From: Treponemataceae bacterium
GTDB lineage: Bacteria > Spirochaetota > Spirochaetia > Treponematales > Treponemataceae
Assembly (NCBI GenBank): GCA_024697985.1
Contig: JAILRX010000210.1
Coordinates: 1 to 37,071, forward strand
Reading direction: 5' to 3'
DNA: 37,071 nt
Under the pieces are notes generated by a model. The model did not search any database. It was not told the DNA's origin and saw only the letters and a list, made by a program, of their open reading frames with translations. A program made the translations under genes and the position numbers. Positions 23,731-31,603 of the stretch are shown in pieces (the stretch's first letter is position 1; every line of letters begins with the position of its first letter).

Positions 23731-25005
23731 ATGCCTATTATTCAGCAAAGACTGCAGAATAAGGCATATGTCAAAGCCGAACCGATTGCTAGCGCTAAAA
23801 CTGTGGCAATCGGTTTTTGGTTTTCTGCAGGTTCACGATACGAATCAGAAGGAAAGCACGGAATTTCTCATTTTGTCGAACACATGATTTTCAAGGGAAC
23901 TAAAAATCTAAGTTGTTTTGAAATTGCCTGTGAGTTTGATAAAATGGGCGGTTATATAAATGCCTTTACCGAGCGTGAACAGCTTTGTCTTTATTGCGTG
24001 ATCCCGTCCCAATATTGCATTCAGGCCATCAACATCATGAAGGACATGATCTATAATTCCACTTTTGAAGCTGCGGAAATCGAAAAGGAAAGGCAGGTAA
24101 TTCAAAGTGAAATACTTTCTTCCCTTGATGATCCTGAAGAAGTTTCCCTCGACGCGGTTATTTCTTCTATTTGGAAAAACAATCCTATTTCCTGGTCAAT
24201 AGCAGGCAGCAAGGATGATGTTGAATCACTTACCAGAGAAGATTTAATCAGCTGGTATGAAGATTATATCCGAAGCGGAAACATGCTTGTCACTCTTTCA
24301 GGCAATTTTCCGGAAAAAGAAACGTTTCAAGCCTTGAATGATTTTCCGGACCGTGAAAGGTTTGATGAGAAAAAGAAACTTGAACTGCCGGATTGGAATC
24401 CACAATTTAATTTCATAAAGGCTTTCTTTCAGCAGGAACAGTTTTTCTATCTTTTTCCGATAAAAATGCCTCTTAGTTACAAAAAAAACATCTGTTACGC
24501 AATTTTAAATGCGATTATCGGCGACACGATGAGTTCACGTCTTTTTCAGAAGTTGCGGGAAGAATCAGGTTACTGTTATAATGTATACAGTTTTTTCAAT
24601 GTGTTTTCTGACTGTGGTTTCTGGGCTTTTTATGCTACCTCATCCAAGGATAACAGCCTGAAAGTCGTCCAGGACATGAAAAGAATCGTTGATGATTTTT
24701 TTGAAAATGACATCAGTGAGGAAGAGATTAATTTTGCAAAACAGCATCTTTGTGGCGAAGAAATTATGGCAAGTGAAGATGTAGAACAGCGAATGAAGGG
24801 CCTTGCCCGTTCGTATTTTGCAGGTTACGAAAGCATTGAAATAGAAACTATAATTGATATGATTCAAAACACTACTCACGAGCAGTTGAGGGAAGTACTT
24901 GATGAAATCAAGAAGTCTAAGGAAAATGCCTTTATCGTTTACGGTCCACCGTTAAGAAATTCGATAGAAAACAGCATTGAGCAGGCGGTTAAAAATGGCA
25001 ATTGA
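23731..25005 (+). CDS. M16-family (pitrilysin-like) zinc peptidase
   Basis: The inverted zincin motif HFVEH is present (GISHFVEHMIFKGT), with a downstream NAFTEREQ block. This gene often follows pnp in Firmicutes and spirochaetes. Confidence 0.88.
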   Translation: MPIIQQRLQNKAYVKAEPIASAKTVAIGFWFSAGSRYESEGKHGISHFVEHMIFKGTKNLSCFEIACEFDKMGGYINAFTEREQLCLYCVIPSQYCIQAINIMKDMIYNSTFEAAEIEKERQVIQSEILSSLDDPEEVSLDAVISSIWKNNPISWSIAGSKDDVESLTREDLISWYEDYIRSGNMLVTLSGNFPEKETFQALNDFPDRERFDEKKKLELPDWNPQFNFIKAFFQQEQFFYLFPIKMPLSYKKNICYAILNAIIGDTMSSRLFQKLREESGYCYNVYSFFNVFSDCGFWAFYATSSKDNSLKVVQDMKRIVDDFFENDISEEEINFAKQHLCGEEIMASEDVEQRMKGLARSYFAGYESIEIETIIDMIQNTTHEQLREVLDEIKKSKENAFIVYGPPLRNSIENSIEQAVKNGN

Positions 25006-25441
25006 AGTAAAGATGATCGCAAAGGACGGTGCAAAGGTTCCTGTCTACAAAACTACAGGAGCCGCTGGAGCTGACGTCTGCGCTTTTGTTGATAAGCCTC
25101 TTGAATTAAAACCTCTTGAAAGAATTGCCGTTCCGACAGGCCTTTTTTTTGAAATTCCTGAAGGATATGAAATACAGGTTCGGCCTCGTTCAGGTCTTGC
25201 CTTGAAAAATGGAATAGCTCTTGTAAATGCACCGGGTACGATCGATTCTGATTATCGCGGAGAACTGTGCGTAATTTTAATCAATCTTGGTTCTGAAAAT
25301 TTTGTCATCAATAGCGGTGACAGAATTGCACAGATAATTTTATCTCCTGTCATAAAGGCGGATTTTGTTGAAGTTTCATCGATATCCGTAACCGAAAGGG
25401 GAGAAAATGGTTTTGGTTCTACAGGGGTAAGCGGAAACTAG
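24995..25441 (+). CDS. dut: dUTP diphosphatase
   Basis: The dUTPase motifs are present: GAAGADV, RPRSGLA, GTIDSDYRGEL, RIAQ and RGENGFGSTG. I prefer the ATG at 24995, which overlaps the upstream stop by 11 nt, over the TTG at 24977 given in the ORF track. Confidence 0.93.
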   Translation: MAIEVKMIAKDGAKVPVYKTTGAAGADVCAFVDKPLELKPLERIAVPTGLFFEIPEGYEIQVRPRSGLALKNGIALVNAPGTIDSDYRGELCVILINLGSENFVINSGDRIAQIILSPVIKADFVEVSSISVTERGENGFGSTGVSGN

Positions 25442-25447
25442 AATTTT

Positions 25448-26752
25448 ATGAAATTGAAAGAAAAAATCCTAGATTATGTTTCAACAGCAAAAAATTTCCT
25501 CAATGAAAAAGTTTTAGAACCTTCTAAAAAAATCATCCACGCATTTTTAGAAAAGGACGGGAGTAAAAAGGCTAAAAAGTATCTTTCAATCATTCCTGAA
25601 TATACAAAACAGTATCTGGAAAATCAGGCTCTAAAAAAAGAGCATATTTTCATAAGATATCTTTTAAAAGAACTTTTCATTTATTTTATAATTGCGTTTT
25701 CATTTTTCTTTTTAGTTTTCTTTGTAAATCAGATTTTGCTTGCCCTTCAGGACCTTCTTTCAAAAAGGGTTCCTCTGGGTAAAGCCATGACGCTGATGTT
25801 TTATTCCCTTCCGATGGTAATTGCACAGTCGGCACCTTTTGGAACTTTAGTCGGCTTTCTCATGTGCCTCGGTAGAATCATGAGTGATAACGAAATTCTC
25901 GTGCTTAGAACTACAGGAACTTCATTTTTTCAGCTTTTGATTCCTGTTATTGCAATGGGGCTTGTAATTTCAATTTTTTCTTTTTTTGTAAACGACTATC
26001 TTTTACCTGCCGGCAATCTGAAGTTTCGCGAGCTTACCCGTGAGATAAAATTTTCAAATCCAGCGGCCTTGATAGAACCGAATTCAATTCAGCGCATGAA
26101 CAGCGGTCAGGTAATCTTTGTCATCGGTGATGTAACTGATGATAAAATTTCAGACATTGTTGTCTTTGATCAGGATCCGGAAGGTCGTCAGAGAATCATA
26201 GTCGGTGAGCAGACAGATCTTATGAGTCCTGAAAATAGGGATGTGAGCATGCAGCTCCGTTTGCATTATCCTTCTGTAGTTCAATTCGACAAAGACAAAA
26301 ATTCCAACTATGAATACCTTCAATCGGATTTTTTAACCCTTAATATGTTCGAAAAATCTACGGATGTTTCTTCCTCTGGATCCAACCCTTCAGAAATGAC
26401 CAGTACAGACCTGGTTCGTTATATAAAAACTTTACGCAAAAATGGAAATGTTTCTACGTATCATCTAAATAGTTACAGGTTCGAGTTCCATAAAAGGTTT
26501 GCGATGCCATTTGGTTCACTTTTCTTTGCTTTTCTGGCTTTTCCGCTTTCCATTCTTTTTGGAAAAAATAACGGTCAGACCATTGGTTTGATAATTGGTA
26601 TTTTGATTTCTGTACTTTATTGGACATTCATGATGCTTTCATTCGGTTTTGGTCCAATGAAGGGATGGAATCCATTTATTAGCATGTGGGGAGCAAACAT
26701 CGTCTTAGGGGTATTTGCTTTAGTATTTTATTTGAATTTGGTGAAACGATAA
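25448..26752 (+). CDS. LptF/LptG-family (YjgP/YjgQ) permease, first of a pair
   Basis: The topology is three TM helices, a large periplasmic insert, then three TM helices. The IRYLLKELFIYF start motif of the family appears only at about residue 67, so there is a roughly 65-aa N-terminal extension. Confidence 0.8.
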   Translation: MKLKEKILDYVSTAKNFLNEKVLEPSKKIIHAFLEKDGSKKAKKYLSIIPEYTKQYLENQALKKEHIFIRYLLKELFIYFIIAFSFFFLVFFVNQILLALQDLLSKRVPLGKAMTLMFYSLPMVIAQSAPFGTLVGFLMCLGRIMSDNEILVLRTTGTSFFQLLIPVIAMGLVISIFSFFVNDYLLPAGNLKFRELTREIKFSNPAALIEPNSIQRMNSGQVIFVIGDVTDDKISDIVVFDQDPEGRQRIIVGEQTDLMSPENRDVSMQLRLHYPSVVQFDKDKNSNYEYLQSDFLTLNMFEKSTDVSSSGSNPSEMTSTDLVRYIKTLRKNGNVSTYHLNSYRFEFHKRFAMPFGSLFFAFLAFPLSILFGKNNGQTIGLIIGILISVLYWTFMMLSFGFGPMKGWNPFISMWGANIVLGVFALVFYLNLVKR

Positions 26753-27819
26753 TGTTCGACAGATATATCTTAAAGAAATTTTTTCCAGTATTTTTACTCT
26801 CGATTTTCTTTTTTTCTTTCGTTGTTGTATTGATCGATCTTTTTATCAACATTTTCAATTATATTTCCATGGGTGTTCCTTTTTTGAAGGTCATGCAGGT
26901 AGAATTACTTTTCCTACCAAAAGCGATGTCCTATTCGATTCCGCTTTCTGTCCTTTTTGCAACTTCCTATTCCTTGAGTAACCTGTATGCGAAAAACGAA
27001 CTTACATCAATTTTTGCTTCGGGCATTTCTCTTTTTAGATTTACTCTTCCAATCTTGATAACCTCGTTAATTTTAAGCATCGGATTTCTCTTTTTTGACG
27101 ATTTTCTGGTTGTTCCGACTCTTTCTAAAAAAGAACAACTTCAAGATACTCTTTTGCACAGGTCTACCAACCTTAATAACAACATGATAGTAATTCGAGG
27201 TGATGGCGGAAAAAGGGTCTACCGGGTAACTTTCTACGATAATGAACAGAAGCGACTCCACGGTATTTATATCGTTCAGCGCGATGATAACAACCGTCTT
27301 TCCTACATCGTTATCGCCGATTCGGCACTTTGGATAAACGAAAAATGGGAAGTGTATGGGGCCAAGGTCTATAAGATTGATGGCGAAAATCTTGTGATGA
27401 CTTCTTTGAACTTATCAGATTATACGTTTATTGAAGAAGGCCCTGAGATTTTTAAGAAAAATGTCATTTCAATTCAAACTGTCAATATCAGGGAAGCCAA
27501 GGTCTACATCAATCACTTGAAAAGGGTAGGCCTGCCTTATAATAAGGAACTTTCCGAATATTATAAAAAATTTTCATTTCCATTTGTCGTCTTTCTCGTC
27601 GCCTTTCTTTCGATCGGCCTTTCGGGTAAGACAAGAAAGAATGTGCTTCTTTTAAGCCTTGCTTTTTCTCTTTCTGCAGCCGTCGGTTTTTATGTAATGC
27701 AGATGATCACAATGCTGATGGCCGGAAATGGAAAAATTTCGCCATTTATGGGAGCCTGGTTCCCGGTCATAGTCTTTTTCGTCCTGAGTATCGTCTTTTT
27801 ACGACATGCCAGAACCTAA
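26752..27819 (+). CDS. LptF/LptG-family (YjgP/YjgQ) permease, second of a pair
   Basis: MFDRYILKKFFPVFLL is a typical family N-terminus. The ATG at 26752 shares a TAATG overlap with the upstream stop. I prefer it to the ATG at 26686 in the ORF track. Confidence 0.8.
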   Translation: MFDRYILKKFFPVFLLSIFFFSFVVVLIDLFINIFNYISMGVPFLKVMQVELLFLPKAMSYSIPLSVLFATSYSLSNLYAKNELTSIFASGISLFRFTLPILITSLILSIGFLFFDDFLVVPTLSKKEQLQDTLLHRSTNLNNNMIVIRGDGGKRVYRVTFYDNEQKRLHGIYIVQRDDNNRLSYIVIADSALWINEKWEVYGAKVYKIDGENLVMTSLNLSDYTFIEEGPEIFKKNVISIQTVNIREAKVYINHLKRVGLPYNKELSEYYKKFSFPFVVFLVAFLSIGLSGKTRKNVLLLSLAFSLSAAVGFYVMQMITMLMAGNGKISPFMGAWFPVIVFFVLSIVFLRHART

Positions 27820-27849
27820 ATTACAGTATTCAACTATTAAGGAAATTTT

Positions 27850-28992
27850 ATGGATTGTTTTGAAATTAAAAATAAAGATTCATCAACTAGAGCTCGAACA
27901 GGCGTACTTCATCTGAATCATGGGGATGTACAGACTCCTGTCTTCATGCCGGTAGGAACGAATGCGACCGTAAAGGCCATTACAAAGGATGATCTTGAAG
28001 AAATTGGATTTGAAATAATCCTTGCAAATACTTATCACCTTTATTTAAGGCCGGGTGCAGATCTTTTACAGGAAGCTGGTGGTCTTCATGGTTTTACAAA
28101 ATGGAACCGAAACTTTTTGACAGATTCAGGTGGTTTTCAAGTTTTCTCTCTTTCTCAGTTAAGAAAAATAAAGGAAGAAGGCGTTACTTTTCAAAGCCAT
28201 ATCGACGGTTCAAGACATCTTTTTACGCCAGAAAAAGTTGTGGACATCCAAAGAAAATTTAATTCAGATATTCAGATGCAACTCGATGTGTGCACTGGCT
28301 TCGGAGTTGAATACAAGGAAGCGAAAAACGCACTTGCCGTGACAAGCGACTGGCTTTTAAGGGCAAAAGCAGAGTGGGAAAGACAGATTGACCAGTACGA
28401 TTACAAGGGACTTTTGTTTCCTATCGTTCAGGGAAACTTTTTTAAGGACTTGCGCCAAGAAAGCGCAAAATTCGTCGATGATTTGGATTTACCTGGCATT
28501 GCCATCGGCGGACTTTCTGTTGGTGAGAATTTTGAAACCTATTCAGAAACCCTTCACTATACGGTTGAAAATTTGAGTGAAAAGAAACCTAAGTACGTAA
28601 TGGGAATCGGGACACCGGATTTTATTCTTGAGGCTATCGAAAACGGAATTGATATGTTCGACTGTGTCCTTCCGACAAGAAATGCCAGAAACGGTTCGTT
28701 TTTCACAAAAGATGGACCAATTTCCATCAAAAAAGAAATTTTTACCCATGATTATTCTCCTATTGATCCTGAATGTAACTGCAAGGTCTGCAAAACTTAT
28801 TCTCGCTCCTATATGCGTCATCTCTATCGAAACAATGAAATCTTAAGCGCCATGCTTTCTTCATATCATAACCTTTATTTTTTGAACAATATGGTTAAGG
28901 AAGCTCGCGAGGCTATAAACAACGGTAATTTTGCCGATTATAAAAAGAACTTTTTGAACAGATATTTTGCATCAACTGCCAGAAGATTTTAA
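27850..28992 (+). CDS. tgt: Queuine tRNA-ribosyltransferase
   Basis: RTGVLHLNHGDVQTPVFMPVGT and the catalytic DSGGFQ motif are present. The zinc site CNCKVCKTYSRSYMRHL is present. Confidence 0.96.
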   Translation: MDCFEIKNKDSSTRARTGVLHLNHGDVQTPVFMPVGTNATVKAITKDDLEEIGFEIILANTYHLYLRPGADLLQEAGGLHGFTKWNRNFLTDSGGFQVFSLSQLRKIKEEGVTFQSHIDGSRHLFTPEKVVDIQRKFNSDIQMQLDVCTGFGVEYKEAKNALAVTSDWLLRAKAEWERQIDQYDYKGLLFPIVQGNFFKDLRQESAKFVDDLDLPGIAIGGLSVGENFETYSETLHYTVENLSEKKPKYVMGIGTPDFILEAIENGIDMFDCVLPTRNARNGSFFTKDGPISIKKEIFTHDYSPIDPECNCKVCKTYSRSYMRHLYRNNEILSAMLSSYHNLYFLNNMVKEAREAINNGNFADYKKNFLNRYFASTARRF

Positions 28993-29010
28993 TTTCAAAA
29001 GGAGTGCTCA

Positions 29011-30369
29011 ATGAAAAAATCAAGAATCGCTTTTTGTATATTGCTCTTATGTCTTTCATCTTTTTTATTTTGCGATGAAGCAAAAAAAGATGAAAAAACC
29101 GAACTTGAAAAACAGCTGGACATCTTGAATTATGGTCTTGAAAGCGATATCACTGATTTGATTTCATCACTAACCGAAGAAAAGGATGTTTCCATTTCAA
29201 AGGATGTGCTCAATCTTTTCAATCAGACTCGTAACGTAAACATCAGAAAAAAGATCCTTTTTTATTTTCAAAAACTTGAAGATCCTTGCCTCAAGGATTT
29301 TTGTCTTGAATTCTTGCTTGATCCATATGATGAGGAAACTGAATACGTAGGACAGGTCATGCAGTATGTTTCTGAACTCCACATAACAGAAGCTGTTGAT
29401 TCCATCATGGATATTTTAAAATCTGATAACGAACAGTTTAAAAGTATGTGTTTTACTGCAATTGGAAAACTCGGCGGTCCTGAAGAGGCAAAGTATTTGA
29501 TTGACTATCTTAGGGAAGAGGAACTTGAAACGACCGAAAAGCAGTTTTTGATGAAGGCTTTGGGTGAACTTGCTGTTGTCGAAACTTACGACGACCTCGT
29601 AGAAATTGCCCAGGATGAGGATGAAAATACATACGTAAGGCGGTATGCAATTGAAGCTGCCAGTAAGATGGGTAAAAATGAAGTGATTCAAATTCTTGTC
29701 GATATGAACCAGTCAAAAGATCCTGCCGTAAGGGCCGTTGTCGTTTCATGTAGCGGAAACTTTGTTCCAGATGATCCTGATGCCCTGACAATCGTTTTGG
29801 ATGGCCTTAAGGACAACCATCAGAGTGTAAGGGCGGCTGCAATCAAGATTTGCCGGGAGAAAAAACTCGTTCAAGCTGAAAAATCTCTTGTTTTCCGTGC
29901 AAAAAGCGATCCTGTCACGAACCTCAAATATGACAGTTATTATGCGCTTGCTGCCATCAACACGAAAGAAGCTTCAAATCTTTTGGCATCAGTCATTTCT
30001 GATTCAAAGGCCAGTGAGACTGCCCGAGCGAAAGCCGTTGATGCGGCCCTCGAATATTCAGTAAGTGAATGTTATGACGAGATAAAAGACACTACTCGAA
30101 AGGCTCTTGAGGACGATAAACTTAAAAATTTAAGGTATGCCATCGGAAAATCAATTGCCAAGCATAAGACGCCTCATTTTGAGGATATCTGCATGGCTTA
30201 TCTTGAGCATAAGGATGTTTCGACCAAAGGGACAGGTCTTGATATGTATGCAAGCAGTCATTATGCTGATGCAAAACAGATTGTAGAAAAAATTGCTGAA
30301 TCTGAAGAGAAGGCTAACAATCCGCTCAAGAAAAAGGCTCAGCTTATTTTGCAGAAGGCTTCACGCTAG
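29011..30369 (+). CDS. Exported HEAT/armadillo-like repeat protein
   Basis: It has a signal peptide (MKKSRIAFCILLLCLSSFLFC). It has periodic helical repeats with D/N-x-x-VR-x-x-A signatures (DPAVRAVVV, NHQSVRAAAIKI, NTYVRRYAIEAA), typical of PBS-lyase/HEAT repeats. Confidence 0.7.
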   Translation: MKKSRIAFCILLLCLSSFLFCDEAKKDEKTELEKQLDILNYGLESDITDLISSLTEEKDVSISKDVLNLFNQTRNVNIRKKILFYFQKLEDPCLKDFCLEFLLDPYDEETEYVGQVMQYVSELHITEAVDSIMDILKSDNEQFKSMCFTAIGKLGGPEEAKYLIDYLREEELETTEKQFLMKALGELAVVETYDDLVEIAQDEDENTYVRRYAIEAASKMGKNEVIQILVDMNQSKDPAVRAVVVSCSGNFVPDDPDALTIVLDGLKDNHQSVRAAAIKICREKKLVQAEKSLVFRAKSDPVTNLKYDSYYALAAINTKEASNLLASVISDSKASETARAKAVDAALEYSVSECYDEIKDTTRKALEDDKLKNLRYAIGKSIAKHKTPHFEDICMAYLEHKDVSTKGTGLDMYASSHYADAKQIVEKIAESEEKANNPLKKKAQLILQKASR

Positions 30370-31534
30370 GCTTGATAATAACAAAATAGATTACTGTTGC
30401 TAAAATTGCTACCGTAAGTATTGCCATAAAGATTACCTGTACGATTTTACCGATCGTATAGGGGATGTTTTTTCCACGCATCAAAATTGCATTGAATTTA
30501 ACGGTTTGAGGTGATGTTCTGAAATTGTTCGAGAATATCAGTTTTGCTTCTATTTCCTGCTTTCCAAACTCAAGTTCTTCCGGCAGACTGATTTTTGCCT
30601 TTACGATTTTGCTTCGACCACGCCCGATTTTTGCAAAGACATTTTCACTTAAGACATTTTCTCCTTCCACTAGAATTTGTGTCAGTTCGAAAATCTGTCT
30701 TTGATTGCAGTTGTTTTTGATTTTTATCGTCAAAATCATGTCTTTTGAACGAAGGCCTTGTTTTTCTTTAATATTGACGTCTAGAATTCCAAGATTGTTT
30801 TTAATGATTTCGCCATCATCAAGTAATTGTGCAAATATCAAATCCTTTTGCTTTTCGAAAAAGCTTTTATATTCTAGAACTGTATCACATCCATTGTCGA
30901 TTATGGTGATTATTCTTTTTTTCCAAAGCCTTTTAAGTTTTCTTTCGCTCAATCCTTCGACTTGTTCCGGGAGAAATTTAATTTTTCCGTCCAGACTGAT
31001 TATGTTCCGGTCTTTTGGAGAAGGCAATTCAAAAAATACGATTTCTACGCCCTGATGTACAAGTTTTTTTAGAAAATAATTGATGCTTGCTTTTTCCCGC
31101 TCAAAATCCGAGCTTTCAGTGTTGATGCCATCGCTGACTATCAAAAGCTTTTTATGTCTATAAACATCCAGGCTTGAAATGTATGAGTGCGTGTACTGTA
31201 AAGCCGAAGAAAAATCGGATTTTTCACTTATCGGATATAAAAGATTGAAGTGGAAAAGAAGATCTTCAAGTTCGTTATCCTTCATCTGCCTTATTTGATG
31301 TGAAATTTCCAATATCGGATGGTCGTTGAAAAGTATCAGATGAAAAGAGTCGTTTTCACTTAAAAATTGATTGCAAACTGGCGTCAAAAGTTTCTCGTTG
31401 ACTTCATCAATATACGGTAGCATTCTGTTTGAATAATCCATCAGGATTACAACGTCCTGACCGTGATCGGTAAAGGCGAATAGGGGAGAGAAAAAAGTGA
31501 AAGTAAAAAATAAAGAAAGTATAAGTTTTTTCAT
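30344..31534 (-). CDS. vWA-like exported protein with a C-terminal TM anchor
   Basis: It has a signal peptide (MKKLILSLFFTFTFFSPLFA). The vWA-like strand pattern is DVVILMDYSNRM ... FHLILFND ... LLIVSDGINTE, with a degenerate MIDAS (D-x-S-x-R). The C-terminal TM is IVQVIFMAILTVAILATVIYFVII. I prefer the ATG at 31534; the ORF track starts at the TTG at 31537. Confidence 0.65.
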   Translation of the reverse strand: MKKLILSLFFTFTFFSPLFAFTDHGQDVVILMDYSNRMLPYIDEVNEKLLTPVCNQFLSENDSFHLILFNDHPILEISHQIRQMKDNELEDLLFHFNLLYPISEKSDFSSALQYTHSYISSLDVYRHKKLLIVSDGINTESSDFEREKASINYFLKKLVHQGVEIVFFELPSPKDRNIISLDGKIKFLPEQVEGLSERKLKRLWKKRIITIIDNGCDTVLEYKSFFEKQKDLIFAQLLDDGEIIKNNLGILDVNIKEKQGLRSKDMILTIKIKNNCNQRQIFELTQILVEGENVLSENVFAKIGRGRSKIVKAKISLPEELEFGKQEIEAKLIFSNNFRTSPQTVKFNAILMRGKNIPYTIGKIVQVIFMAILTVAILATVIYFVIIKPSVKPSAK

Positions 31535-31540
31535 CAATAC

Positions 31541-31589
31541 AAAAAAAAGCGCATCCAGAGAAAAAGTTTAACCGGATGCGCCTGTTTTT
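31541..31589 (-). terminator. Bidirectional intrinsic terminator (read on the minus strand: downstream of greA)
   Basis: GCGCATCC (31549-31556) pairs with GGATGCGC (31574-31581), extendable to 10 bp. It is flanked by A8 (31541-31548, which is a T8 run on the minus strand) and by CTGTTTTT on the plus strand. Confidence 0.7.
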
Positions 31590-31603
31590 AGCTTAAGGTC
31601 ATA

